Shown in pieces: positions 11,082 to 21,484 of a DNA stretch of 64,000 bases. Position 1 is the first letter of the stretch, and every line of letters starts with the position of its first letter. Below the pieces are notes generated by a model. The model saw nothing but the letters and a program-made list of their open reading frames with translations. It was not told the origin of the DNA and ran no database searches. Source of the DNA: an uncultured Mycoplasma sp. (GTDB lineage: Bacteria; Bacillota_I; Bacilli_A; RF39; UBA660); contig CAZTRE010000001.1 in NCBI GenBank assembly GCA_964616405.1, forward strand, positions 320 through 64,319, written 5' to 3'. The translations under genes were made by a program, and so were the position numbers.

Positions 11082-11879
11082 ATGGCAAAACAAATAAAAG
11101 CAGAAGCTTATCAAGAACCAATTGAAATGGAAAATGAAACAGAGGAAAATTTAAACTTATTGGATGAAATGGATATTGATGAAGTAGAAAATAAAGTTAC
11201 TAAAAAACCAATTAAGAAAACAACAAAATCTAAAAAGAAAAAACAAAAAACGATAAAAGAAGATGAGGAAGAGGATGATAAATCAACTATTTCCCCTAAA
11301 TTTAACATCTTTATGAAGATATTTAATATTATATTTATTATTGCTTTAATAGTAATGGTAATTATTAGTGCAGACATAATTTGCGTAGCCAAATATAATG
11401 TTGGACCCTTCTTTGCGATAAAAACAAATACGTATAAAGATGGTGGGACTAAAGTCTACTATGGAATTGGTTACAAAGTCATTAAGTATAAACAAATAGC
11501 TGGTCGTCAGGATACCCAAATTGGTCCTTGGAATATGCCTTATTCGATCACACCAACTGAAGTTGAAGATATTGATTTAGCTATTGAATTACAAAACAAT
11601 CCATTAGAAACAGGTAATAAATATTACAAACAATATATAAAGATTTCATCTACTATTAAAACAATTAATGAACAAGATAATAAAATGACATTAGAATATA
11701 CCGATCCCGATGGAAAATACACACTACAAATAAAATGCCCTATGGCTTCATTACCATCAAGACTCCAAGATTTTAAAGAACAACAAGAAGTAATTGTAAA
11801 AGGAACAGTAAATAGAATTGCTCTAAAAGGTTCTAAACAACCAAACACCATTTATTTATCAAACTGTTTTGCGGAATAA
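11082..11879 (+). CDS. hypothetical single-pass membrane protein with acidic/Lys-rich N-terminus
   Basis: The long ORF has a GAGGTGA SD and two TGnTATAAT boxes upstream (10990-98, 11052-60). A TM segment is at IFNIIFIIALIVMVIISADII. No family recognised. Confidence 0.6.
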   Translation: MAKQIKAEAYQEPIEMENETEENLNLLDEMDIDEVENKVTKKPIKKTTKSKKKKQKTIKEDEEEDDKSTISPKFNIFMKIFNIIFIIALIVMVIISADIICVAKYNVGPFFAIKTNTYKDGGTKVYYGIGYKVIKYKQIAGRQDTQIGPWNMPYSITPTEVEDIDLAIELQNNPLETGNKYYKQYIKISSTIKTINEQDNKMTLEYTDPDGKYTLQIKCPMASLPSRLQDFKEQQEVIVKGTVNRIALKGSKQPNTIYLSNCFAE

Positions 11880-11886
11880 TAAAAAA

Positions 11887-11911
11887 TTGTACTTCGGTAC
11901 AGTTTTTTTTT
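11887..11911 (+). terminator. intrinsic terminator
   Basis: The stem TGTAC (11888-92) / GTACA (11897-901) has a TTCG loop and is followed by a T9 run. Confidence 0.65.
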
Positions 11912-11973
11912 CAAAATATTAAAAGAATACTAAAAGTATGATATAATAAGTAAGTTAAAGGAGGAATCCGTTT

Positions 11974-12276
11974 ATGGGAGATAGACTATCAAAAGAAGAA
12001 GTTTTGCATGTAGCAGAATTAGCCAGAATTAAAATAAGTGAAGAAGAACTAGAAAAATATCAAATTCAATTAAAACAAATATTAGATAATGTCGATAAAA
12101 TAAAAGAAGTAGAAGGTTATGATGACGAAATGTTAATTGCCGCTTGGAAAATAGATACTATTTTAAGAGAAGATACACCTGGAGAAATGTTAAATCCAAA
12201 ACAAGTAATTGAAAATGCACCTCGTCATAGTGGAAACTACATTGAAGTACCAGTTGTAATAGGAGAGGAGGCTTAA
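11974..12276 (+). CDS. gatC: Asp/Glu-tRNA amidotransferase subunit C
   Basis: It is 100 aa, has the LAxLxxxEEE-type N-terminus (VAELARIKISEEELEKY) and sits directly upstream of gatA and gatB. Confidence 0.9.
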   Translation: MGDRLSKEEVLHVAELARIKISEEELEKYQIQLKQILDNVDKIKEVEGYDDEMLIAAWKIDTILREDTPGEMLNPKQVIENAPRHSGNYIEVPVVIGEEA

Positions 12277-12277
12277 T

Positions 12278-13729
12278 ATGAAATATTTAAATAAAAGCAT
12301 TTTAGAATTACATGAATTATTAAAAGAAAAAAAGATTAAGCCTATCGATTTGGTTGAAGAAGCATTAGAAAATATTGAGAAAAATAAAGAGTTAAACGCT
12401 TACATAACTTTAAATAAAGAAGAAGCCATGAAACAAGCTCAAGCGCTAGAAAATAAAGAAGTTGATAATATTTTATTTGGTATGCCTATTGCTATTAAAG
12501 ATAATATTGTCACTAAAGGTCTATTAACTACCTGTGCTTCCCATATGTTAGATAATTTCACGCCAATTTATGATGCCACAGTTATAGAAAAAATTAAATC
12601 TAAGAATATGATTATTATTGGCAAAACTAACATGGATGAATTTGCTATGGGATCAACTAGCAGAACTAGTTATTTTGGCGCTCCACTTAACCCTTGGAAC
12701 AAAACCAAAATATCAGGTGGCTCATCAGGTGGTTCAGCTGTAACAATCGCTTCTCGTGACCTACCATTTGCCCTAGGTACTGATACAGGTGGTTCAATTC
12801 GTCAGCCAGCTAGTTATTGTGGAATTGTCGGTATGAAGCCAACATATGGCCGTGTATCAAGATACGGTTTAATTGCCTTTGCATCAAGCATGGATCAAAT
12901 TGGTCCCATGACTAAAAACGTATATGATAATGCCACTCTTTTAAATGCTATTGTTGGTCGTGATGAAAAGGATTTAACTTCTGCAAATAAAGATGTAGAA
13001 GATTTTACTAGATTAATCGGTCAAGACATTTCTGGAATGAAAATCGCTGTTCCCAAATATTTTATGAGCGATATTGTTAATGATGAAATTATAAATAAAG
13101 TTAAAGAAACAATCATTTTATTAGAAGAAAAAGGTGCAACCGTTGATTATGTAGATATTAAATATCTAGAACATGCTGTTACCCTATACCAAGTAATTGC
13201 ATTAGGAGAAGCAAGCTCAAATTTAGCTCGTTTTGATGGTATTAGATATGGTCATGCCAAAGAAAATCCTGAAAATATTCAAGACTTATATTATGGAACT
13301 AGACAAGAAGGATTTGGTAGAGAGGTTAAACGTCGTATCATGGTTGGTTCATATATCTTAAGTGGAGAAAACGCTAAAATATATTATAATAAGGCCATGT
13401 CTATTAGAGATGATATGCGTAAAGAATTTAAAAAAGTTTTTGCCAATTATGATTTAATTATTGGTCCAACAACCACGACAACAGCTTATAATCAAACAGA
13501 TTCTATTGATGATCCGTTGAAGAGTTTCTTAGACGACGTTTTAGTAAATCCAGCTAATATGACAGGACTCCCAGGAATGAACGTTCCAATTGGTTTTGAT
13601 AAAGAGCATATGCCAATTGGACTACATATTATTGGTGATGATTTCTGCGAGGCAAAAATGTATCAATTAGCTAGTAATATTGAAACAACATTAAATCTTG
13701 ACTTAAATCCTACAGGAGGTGAAGAGTAA
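12278..13729 (+). CDS. gatA: Asp/Glu-tRNA amidotransferase subunit A
   Basis: It carries the amidase signature GGSSGGSA...GTDTGGSIRQPA and starts 1 nt after the gatC stop. Confidence 0.95.
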   Translation: MKYLNKSILELHELLKEKKIKPIDLVEEALENIEKNKELNAYITLNKEEAMKQAQALENKEVDNILFGMPIAIKDNIVTKGLLTTCASHMLDNFTPIYDATVIEKIKSKNMIIIGKTNMDEFAMGSTSRTSYFGAPLNPWNKTKISGGSSGGSAVTIASRDLPFALGTDTGGSIRQPASYCGIVGMKPTYGRVSRYGLIAFASSMDQIGPMTKNVYDNATLLNAIVGRDEKDLTSANKDVEDFTRLIGQDISGMKIAVPKYFMSDIVNDEIINKVKETIILLEEKGATVDYVDIKYLEHAVTLYQVIALGEASSNLARFDGIRYGHAKENPENIQDLYYGTRQEGFGREVKRRIMVGSYILSGENAKIYYNKAMSIRDDMRKEFKKVFANYDLIIGPTTTTTAYNQTDSIDDPLKSFLDDVLVNPANMTGLPGMNVPIGFDKEHMPIGLHIIGDDFCEAKMYQLASNIETTLNLDLNPTGGEE

Positions 13730-15162
13730 TGGCAAACTATATTCCTACAATAGGTATTGAAGTTCACGTTGAGTTAAAAACAAAAACCAAAATCTTTTCT
13801 AATTCAGTCAATGATTATGGTGAGATGGCCAACTCCTTAACGAATGTAATTGACCTAGGATATCCTGGAACCTTACCAACACTAAATCAAGAGGTAGTAA
13901 ATTTAGCTATTAAAGCTGCGACAGTTCTAAATTGTAAAATAAGACATCAAATGCACTTTGATAGAAAAAATTATTTCTATCCAGATAATTCCAAAAATTA
14001 TCAAATTACTCAAAGCAGAACGCCTATTGGTTACGATGGATACGTTGAAATAGAGGTAGATGGTACTAAGAAAAAAATTGAAATTGAAGAAATGCATATT
14101 GAAGAAGATACTTGTAAATCAACTCATAGAAGCACTAAAACCCTACTAGATTTTAATCGTGCTGGCGTACCTCTAATTGAAATCGTTACAAAACCATGCA
14201 TTTCTAGTGGAGAAGAAGCCAAGGCTTATCTAGAAAAATTAAGACAATTACTATTCTATTGCGATATTTCTGATTGTAAGATTGAAGAAGGTTCAATGCG
14301 TGCTGATGCCAATGTATCTATCCGTAAAAATATTGAAGATCCACTTGGCACAAAAACAGAAATTAAAAATATTGGTTCAATTACTAATGTCGGTTTAAGT
14401 ATTGAAAAAGAAATTGCTCGTCAAACAAAACTTTATGACAACAATGAGACTTTCAAAGAAGAAACTAGACGTTATGATGATAAGTTAGGCGATACAGTTC
14501 TAATGCGTGTAAAAGAAACTGGTAATGACTATCGCTATTTCCCAGAACCTGATATTCCATTTCTTTATGTAACAGATGAAATGATTGGAGAAGTAAGAAA
14601 AACTATTCCAATGCTACCAGATGAGAGAAAAGAAGTATATATATCTAAAGGTGTTACAGAAATAAATGCGACTAAGCTAATTCAAAATAGAAGCCTAAGT
14701 GATTACTTTAATGAATTACTATCAGAAGAAATAGATTTTAAGATTGCTAGTAATTTACTTTTAGGAGATATTTCCGCATATTTAAATAAAGAAGATAAGC
14801 TAATCACATGTACCACTCTAACTAAAGAGAGATTTATTGAACTTGTTAAAAATATGGAAGATGGTACTTTAACAAGTAAAAATTTAAAAGATATCTTAAC
14901 TAAAGTATTAGAAGAAACATCGACTATTGCAGACATAATTAAATCATCAGGAATAAAAAATATTACAGATGATTCTGCAATTAGAGAAGTGATTAAAAAT
15001 ATTTTAAAAGACAATTCTTCATCAGTTGCAGACTATAAGGCAGGTCATGATCGAGCAATTAAATACTTAATGGGCCAAGTTATGAAAGAAACAAAAGGGT
15101 CAGCTAATCCAAAGATAGCTATGGATATTTTACAAGAAGAACTTAATAAAGAATCTTTATAA
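13729..15162 (+). CDS. gatB: Asp/Glu-tRNA amidotransferase subunit B
   Basis: The N-terminus PTIGIEVHVELKTKTKIF, then NRAGVPLIEIV and YRYFPEPD, are GatB motifs. The start overlaps the gatA stop (TAATG). Confidence 0.95.
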   Translation: MANYIPTIGIEVHVELKTKTKIFSNSVNDYGEMANSLTNVIDLGYPGTLPTLNQEVVNLAIKAATVLNCKIRHQMHFDRKNYFYPDNSKNYQITQSRTPIGYDGYVEIEVDGTKKKIEIEEMHIEEDTCKSTHRSTKTLLDFNRAGVPLIEIVTKPCISSGEEAKAYLEKLRQLLFYCDISDCKIEEGSMRADANVSIRKNIEDPLGTKTEIKNIGSITNVGLSIEKEIARQTKLYDNNETFKEETRRYDDKLGDTVLMRVKETGNDYRYFPEPDIPFLYVTDEMIGEVRKTIPMLPDERKEVYISKGVTEINATKLIQNRSLSDYFNELLSEEIDFKIASNLLLGDISAYLNKEDKLITCTTLTKERFIELVKNMEDGTLTSKNLKDILTKVLEETSTIADIIKSSGIKNITDDSAIREVIKNILKDNSSSVADYKAGHDRAIKYLMGQVMKETKGSANPKIAMDILQEELNKESL

Positions 15163-15219
15163 ATAAAATTGAAAAAGAATCTTACTTAGTGTATAATTAG
15201 AATACTAGGATGTGATCAA

Positions 15220-15657
15220 ATGAATTATTTAAAAAGAAACAAAAATATAATTATTGCATTAGTAATATACTTTGTTGCCATATTATTAGGTATTCAAGTA
15301 ATAAACATATTAGTTCCTAATGAAGGAGCTGCTGTTTATGGTAATCGTTTAGATGGAAAAGTAGAATTAGATAAAGATATTGAAAAACAAGTAGCTAAAA
15401 AAGCTGAAGGTGCAACTGATGTAAAATTACGAGTATCTGGACGTATTATCAATATCACCATAAATGTAGGAACTGATGTCTCAAAAGAAGCTGCTAAAGA
15501 ATATGCTGCCAAAACATTAGAAGCTTTTACAACAGAACAAAAAGCCTATTATGATATTCAATTTTTTCTAGAAAAAGAGGGAGAAGCTGCTGATTTCCCA
15601 ATCATGGGTTATAAAATCCAAAATGCAGAAAAGATTGCTTGGACAAAGGATAGATAG
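15220..15657 (+). CDS. small membrane-anchored hypothetical protein
   Basis: A 145-aa ORF with one N-terminal TM segment. No family recognised. Confidence 0.55.
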   Translation: MNYLKRNKNIIIALVIYFVAILLGIQVINILVPNEGAAVYGNRLDGKVELDKDIEKQVAKKAEGATDVKLRVSGRIINITINVGTDVSKEAAKEYAAKTLEAFTTEQKAYYDIQFFLEKEGEAADFPIMGYKIQNAEKIAWTKDR

Positions 15658-15668
15658 GAGTAATTATA

Positions 15669-17711
15669 ATGAAGAAAAAAATATTGTATATAGTAATCCC
15701 AATTATAATAGCAGCCATTGCTTTTATTGGAGTATATAGATATTATAATAAGGAAGATAAAACAACAACTTTAACAGTAAGTGAAAAAAGATGGGTAGAA
15801 TCAAACAAAGATCAAGCCTTTGACTTTGAGGTTGTTAATGATTATCCACTATATGGAATGAATGGTTCCGGAGTAATCTTTAACTTTATAAATGATTTCG
15901 AAGAAAAAGTTGGTTTAGAATTTAATAAAATACCATACTTAAAGAGCTCTGATGTTCAAACATCAGGCCTTAGAATAAGAATCCTTGATGATGATAAAAA
16001 GTTAACAGATAAAGATTTACCTTTATTTACAGATAATTATATTGCTGTAGGTAAACAATATGAAAGAATTAATCACATTAAAGATATCAAAGATATGACA
16101 ATTGGTGTTTTTAAAGACGATAGCGAAGCCATTAGTTATTACCTAAAAAGTGGTTCAAATCTTTCATACCAAACCTATGAAAAAATAGAAGACTTATACA
16201 AGGCCTTAGATGAAGACAAAGTTAAAATGATTATAGTTCCAAATATTATGTATTTAGACTATGTTATTGAAAAAGATAAATATTCAATTAATTATTTCTT
16301 TACAGAATATGAAAAACAAATAGTCCTAACATTGAGTGATGACAATAAAAAATTAAATAACGTTGTTAAAAAATACTACAATAAATGGCGTTTAACAAAA
16401 TATGTTGAAGAATATAATGCTGCTTATTTAGACTATTATTTAGCCAAAAATGAATTAAGTGCTAAAGAAAAATCAGCATTAGTATCAAAAACATATGTAT
16501 ATGGTTATGTTGAAAATGAACCATATGAGTTGAAAACGCATAATAAATTAGCCGGTATAGCTGGAGAATACATTAATAGAATGTCTCGGTTAGGGAATAT
16601 TGATTTTAAATATAAGAAATATGCCAATAAAAAAGAGTTAGAAAAAGCCGTTGATAAAGGTAAAGTTGATATTTACTTTGATTACTATAATTTAAACAAT
16701 GATGATTATCTACCTACAGTTTCAACTTTTGTTGAAGATTATGTAGTACTAGGAAAACAAGAAGATAATCATGTAGTTAATTCCTTTGAAGGATTAAAGG
16801 ATAAAAAAGTCTTAATGCTAAAAGGTAATTCTTTATATTCATATTTTCAAAGTAATTCAAAAGCTAAAATTAAAGCTTATGATGATCTAAAAAGTATGAT
16901 TAAAGATGCTGGGTCTAACGTATTAGTCGTTGATTATGAAATTTACTCATACTACCAAAATGATAAATTTAAAGATTTTAAACTACTATATAAAGACTCA
17001 ATGATGAATGACTATAAATTTATGGTTAAAAAAGACAACGAAGCATTCTATGATTTATTTAACTATATAATAGGTACCAACTCATATTATAATTATCGTA
17101 ATACGGGTATTGAAAATCTACATGCTTCATTATTAGAAGATTCAACATTAGAACAAGTATACACAATTATTTTATCAATAATCTTTATTCCATTAATAAT
17201 CCTAGGCATAGTAATATTCATAATAAGGAAGAAAAATGAGGTTAAAAAGATTAAAGCTACAGATAGACATAAATATACAGATATGTTAACATCACTAAAA
17301 AACAGAAATTATTTAAATGCTAAGATGGCAGAATGGGAAGATTGTAAAGTATTCCCACAATCAATCGTCATGGTCGATTTAAATAACGTAAAATATGTTA
17401 ATGATAATTATGGTCACGAAGAAGGAGACCAATTAATTATTAAAGCAGCTGGAATTTTAGTAAATACACAACTAGAAAATAGTGAAGTTATTAGAACAGA
17501 TGGTAATGAATTCTTAATCTATCTAGTTGGATATAGCGATAGACAAGTATCTACCTATACTAAAAAACTAGAAAAAGAAATGAAAGCATTACCACATGAA
17601 TTTGGTGCTGCTATTGGATATAGTATGATTACAGATGAAATTAAAACATTGGATGATGCTATAAATGAGGCAACATTAGAAATGATTACAAATAAAGAAG
17701 AGTACAAATAG
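15669..17711 (+). CDS. membrane sensor with extracytoplasmic solute-binding-like domains and a C-terminal degenerate GGDEF domain
   Basis: Two TM segments flank a ~470-aa extracytoplasmic region with binding-protein-like segments. The C-terminal domain has GGDEF-family motifs (LTSLKNRNYL, VDLNNVKYVNDNYGHEEGD), but the active-site pentapeptide reads DGNEF (17499-17513) and there is no RxxD I-site. Confidence 0.75.
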   Translation: MKKKILYIVIPIIIAAIAFIGVYRYYNKEDKTTTLTVSEKRWVESNKDQAFDFEVVNDYPLYGMNGSGVIFNFINDFEEKVGLEFNKIPYLKSSDVQTSGLRIRILDDDKKLTDKDLPLFTDNYIAVGKQYERINHIKDIKDMTIGVFKDDSEAISYYLKSGSNLSYQTYEKIEDLYKALDEDKVKMIIVPNIMYLDYVIEKDKYSINYFFTEYEKQIVLTLSDDNKKLNNVVKKYYNKWRLTKYVEEYNAAYLDYYLAKNELSAKEKSALVSKTYVYGYVENEPYELKTHNKLAGIAGEYINRMSRLGNIDFKYKKYANKKELEKAVDKGKVDIYFDYYNLNNDDYLPTVSTFVEDYVVLGKQEDNHVVNSFEGLKDKKVLMLKGNSLYSYFQSNSKAKIKAYDDLKSMIKDAGSNVLVVDYEIYSYYQNDKFKDFKLLYKDSMMNDYKFMVKKDNEAFYDLFNYIIGTNSYYNYRNTGIENLHASLLEDSTLEQVYTIILSIIFIPLIILGIVIFIIRKKNEVKKIKATDRHKYTDMLTSLKNRNYLNAKMAEWEDCKVFPQSIVMVDLNNVKYVNDNYGHEEGDQLIIKAAGILVNTQLENSEVIRTDGNEFLIYLVGYSDRQVSTYTKKLEKEMKALPHEFGAAIGYSMITDEIKTLDDAINEATLEMITNKEEYK

Positions 17712-17724
17712 AAGGAAGATTAAG

Positions 17725-18615
17725 ATGGAGCAAGCGAGAGGTTTTTTAAAAAAAATTATTGAGTTCTTAAAAAAGCCTGAACTAAGGATTTTACCTGGTC
17801 AGCTTGCTTTTTTTCTTGTCTTATCATTAATACCATTAGTTGCTTTAATTGGAACAATAGCTTCATTTCTATCAATCCCAAGTGATTTAGTGAAAGAGGT
17901 TTTAGTAAATGTTGCCCCAAAAGAAGTAACAGGAATAATTGCCAATGTTATAAGTGGTAGTGGAATAGAATTCAATTTTAACAGGATTGTATTTATGGTT
18001 GTCGCTTTTGTTCTTGCTACAAATGGAACCTATTCGATTATCATAACTTCAAATGAAATATATAAACAAAATAGTAAAAGTTGGGTAAAAAGAAGAATAA
18101 AAGCTATTCTAATGGGACTATTATTAATAACTTTATTTTTACTACTACTTATAATGCCAATTTGGGGAGAAACAATATTACAAAATATTTCTACAACCAT
18201 ATCCCCAACTAAACTGACTAGTATAATATATAATACATACAAATTAATACAATATCCATTAATTTTAGTAATTCTATATTATGGAATAAAAACAATGTAT
18301 ATAATTGCCCCAGATGAAAAAATAAAGAGTACAACAACAGTTAGAGGGGCTCTTTTTACAACGATAGGTTGGGTATTAGCTTCTGAAATATATTCATTTT
18401 ATGTTGAAAAGATTTCCAACTATGACTTGTTTTATGGAAGTGTTTCTAATGTAATCATATTACTATTATGGGTTTATATATTATCATATATCTTTGTTTT
18501 AGGGATGATATTTAATGCTAGTAATTATAAACCATCAGAAGAAAAGAAAATAAAAGACTCAACAGAAAATATAACAGATAAAAAGGTATTAGAAAAACCA
18601 AAGAATGACGTTTAA
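17725..18615 (+). CDS. YihY/BrkB family membrane protein
   Basis: It has the N-terminal LPGQLAFFLVLSLIPL motif, about six TM helices and the typical ~290-aa size. Confidence 0.75.
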   Translation: MEQARGFLKKIIEFLKKPELRILPGQLAFFLVLSLIPLVALIGTIASFLSIPSDLVKEVLVNVAPKEVTGIIANVISGSGIEFNFNRIVFMVVAFVLATNGTYSIIITSNEIYKQNSKSWVKRRIKAILMGLLLITLFLLLLIMPIWGETILQNISTTISPTKLTSIIYNTYKLIQYPLILVILYYGIKTMYIIAPDEKIKSTTTVRGALFTTIGWVLASEIYSFYVEKISNYDLFYGSVSNVIILLLWVYILSYIFVLGMIFNASNYKPSEEKKIKDSTENITDKKVLEKPKNDV

Positions 18616-18629
18616 TCATTCTTTTTTTT
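18601..18629 (+). terminator. intrinsic terminator after the yihY-like gene
   Basis: The stem AAGAATGA (18601-08) / TCATTCTT (18616-23) spans the stop codon and is followed by a T-run. Confidence 0.6.
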
Positions 18630-18692
18630 GCTGAATATAGAAGATTGAAAAATACAGGATTAAATGATATAATATGGTAGCGAGGTAGAAAA

Positions 18693-20762
18693 ATGAAAAG
18701 AATAAAAAATGGATTTAATAATCTAAAAACAAAAGTAAAAAAAGGATTAAAAAAAATCAAGAATGATCATTTAATTGAAAAATACTTTAAGGAAAATATA
18801 TTATTTGTTGTTTTTGTAATAACAGGAATTATAAATGCCAGCTTATTACGTAGTTTCTGTATGCCTACTCTTGATAGCATCTTTTCAATCCAAGCTATTT
18901 TAGCAGATACAGCAATAGTAGTTGTTATTGGTTCATTAGGCTACTTAGTAAAACCTAAGCATCGTTTTGTATATTATATTTCTTTTAATATATTATTAAC
19001 AGCTATTTGTACGATAAATTCTGTATATTACACATATTATACATCATTTGCATCCCTTTCAATGTTATCATTAACACAATATGTTGGTGAAGTAGGAGAT
19101 GCTGTAACAGAAAATGTTATTCAATTAAAAGATTTAATTTTTATTATTTCTCCAATTATTATGTTTATTTTGAATCATAAGTTAAAAAAGAAAAATTATT
19201 ATAAAAGAATTGAGGTTCGTTCTGAACGTAAGAAAAAATGTTTAGGTACTTTAATAACCGGTATCTGTATTGCCGGAATATTTGCCCTAACTCTAACCCC
19301 GACAGATGTATCAAGATTAGTTAAACAATGGAATAAAGAGTATATTGTAAAATGTTTTGGAATTTACATATATCAAGGCAATGATGTCATTTCAACCATT
19401 CAACCAACGATCAATTCAATGTTTGGTTATGACAAAGCTCATAAATCATTCACTGAATACTTTGAAGATAAGGATGAAGTAAAAACTAATGAATATACAA
19501 ATATTTTTGCAGGAAAGAATATTTTAGTAATCCATGCTGAAAGTATGCAAACAAATGCCATTGGTATGGAATTTAATGGTCAAGAAGTAACGCCAACTTT
19601 AAATAGATTATCTAAAGAGGGGATGTATTTTTCTAACTATTATTCACAAGTAAGTGTTGGAACAAGTTCAGATGCTGAATTAACATTTAATACCTCATTA
19701 ATGCCTACCAAAAGTGGAACGGCATTTGTATCTTATTCCGATAGAAAATACATTAGTACACCATCACTTTTAAAAGAAAAAGGCTATTATACATTCAGTA
19801 TGCATGCTAATAATGCTGATTTTTGGAACAGAAGAAACATGCATAAAAGTTTAGGTTATGATCGATTCTATAGTAAATCAGATTATGAAATAACTGATGA
19901 TAATGTTATTGGTCTTGGTTTAAGCGATAAATCATTCTTTGAACAATCAGTTGAAAAATTACAAAAAATTGATGAAAAATATGATAAATGGTATGGTCTA
20001 ATGATTATGTTATCCAATCATACTCCATTCTCCGATACCGATAAATATGGTGAATTTCCAGTTGATATAAAAGAAACTATTACCAATGAATCAGGTCAAC
20101 AAGAAGAAGTAACTTACCCTTACCTAGAAGGTACAAAATTAGGTAATTATTATAAATCATATCATTATGCCGATGAGGCTTTAGGTGAATTAGTTAATCG
20201 CTTAGATGCTGCAGGATTATTAGAAGATACAGTCTTAGTAATCTATGGAGACCATGACGCTAGAATATCACGAAAAGAATATAATTATCAAAATAATTAT
20301 GATAAAGTAAATGATGAGATGTTATCAAAAGATGATGAAACCTTTGTTGAATATGATTCTTATCAATATGAATTAGGTAGAAAAGTACCATTCATTATTT
20401 GGACAAAAGATATGAAAGGTACAAAATTAAACCAAGAAGTTAAAAATGTTATGGGTATGTATGATGCCATGCCAACCCTAGGAAATTTATTGGGTTTCTA
20501 TAACCAATATGCTTTAGGTCATGATATCTTTAATATCAAAGAAAATAATATTGTAGTATTCCCTAATGGAAACTGGGTAACAAATAAAGTTTACTATAAT
20601 AGTCAAAAGGGAGAATACTTATCACTAGTAAACGAGGCTATCAGCGAAGAAGAGATAAAACAAAATAACGCTTATGCCACAACATTACTAGATGTTTCAA
20701 ATGATATAATTGTCTTTGATTTATTAAAACCAAAAGAAGATATGACTTTGGAAGAAGAATAG
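18693..20762 (+). CDS. ltaS: LTA synthase family protein (polyglycerolphosphate transferase, sulfatase fold)
   Basis: Five N-terminal TM helices precede an extracellular sulfatase-like domain (ILVIHAESMQ, SVGTSSDAE, MLSNHTPF, IYGDHD). The architecture and motifs match LtaS. Confidence 0.8.
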   Translation: MKRIKNGFNNLKTKVKKGLKKIKNDHLIEKYFKENILFVVFVITGIINASLLRSFCMPTLDSIFSIQAILADTAIVVVIGSLGYLVKPKHRFVYYISFNILLTAICTINSVYYTYYTSFASLSMLSLTQYVGEVGDAVTENVIQLKDLIFIISPIIMFILNHKLKKKNYYKRIEVRSERKKKCLGTLITGICIAGIFALTLTPTDVSRLVKQWNKEYIVKCFGIYIYQGNDVISTIQPTINSMFGYDKAHKSFTEYFEDKDEVKTNEYTNIFAGKNILVIHAESMQTNAIGMEFNGQEVTPTLNRLSKEGMYFSNYYSQVSVGTSSDAELTFNTSLMPTKSGTAFVSYSDRKYISTPSLLKEKGYYTFSMHANNADFWNRRNMHKSLGYDRFYSKSDYEITDDNVIGLGLSDKSFFEQSVEKLQKIDEKYDKWYGLMIMLSNHTPFSDTDKYGEFPVDIKETITNESGQQEEVTYPYLEGTKLGNYYKSYHYADEALGELVNRLDAAGLLEDTVLVIYGDHDARISRKEYNYQNNYDKVNDEMLSKDDETFVEYDSYQYELGRKVPFIIWTKDMKGTKLNQEVKNVMGMYDAMPTLGNLLGFYNQYALGHDIFNIKENNIVVFPNGNWVTNKVYYNSQKGEYLSLVNEAISEEEIKQNNAYATTLLDVSNDIIVFDLLKPKEDMTLEEE

Positions 20763-20774
20763 GAGGAAGATATT

Positions 20775-21407
20775 ATGAAATTAAAGAAAAAACCAAAAAG
20801 GATTCTAATTGCTATTATAGCTTTTATTGCTGTTATTGCAATTGCAGCTACTACCATTATTGTAGTCAAAAAAATAACCGGTGGCGATGATGTAAAAAAA
20901 GTTGAAGTGCTAAAATCGATTGATAAGTATGGTTATCATTTAAAGGACAACAAAGATAAAAAATATAAAGCGATGTTTGAAGAACTAGAAGATATCTTAA
21001 CAGCCGATGATATATCTGATGAGGAATATGTAAAAAAAATAGCCGAAATGTTCATCTATGATTTTTATTCATTAGATGACAAATCTGCCAAAACAGATAT
21101 TGGCGGAGTAGAATTTGTTTTACCGGCCAGCCTAGAAAACTTTTTAGTAAATGCCGAAGATACATATTATAAGTATGTAGAGAGTAATATATACAATGAA
21201 AGAAAACAAGATTTACCAATGGTTGATACAGTAACAGTATCGAGCGCTACAGAAACAGAATATGTATATAATGCTCAGAAATATAGTGCTTATGAGGTAA
21301 AAGTAACTTGGACATACACAGATGAAAAATTTTCAAGCTATCAAAGTGAAGCAACACTTACTTTCGTAAAAGACGATATTAAATATTACTTAGCTGAATT
21401 ACAATAA
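20775..21407 (+). CDS. membrane-anchored hypothetical protein
   Basis: GGAGGAAG SD, a start 12 nt after ltaS, one N-terminal TM segment. No family recognised. Confidence 0.55.
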   Translation: MKLKKKPKRILIAIIAFIAVIAIAATTIIVVKKITGGDDVKKVEVLKSIDKYGYHLKDNKDKKYKAMFEELEDILTADDISDEEYVKKIAEMFIYDFYSLDDKSAKTDIGGVEFVLPASLENFLVNAEDTYYKYVESNIYNERKQDLPMVDTVTVSSATETEYVYNAQKYSAYEVKVTWTYTDEKFSSYQSEATLTFVKDDIKYYLAELQ

Positions 21408-21427
21408 GAGACAATAGTCTCTTTTTT
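21407..21427 (+). terminator. intrinsic terminator
   Basis: The stem AGAGAC (21407-12) / GTCTCT (21417-22) is followed by TTTTT. Confidence 0.65.
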
Positions 21428-21484
21428 CTTTCGAAAATACTTTCAAAGATAAAATTTTAGTGTATAATAAGAGCAGGTGATTTT

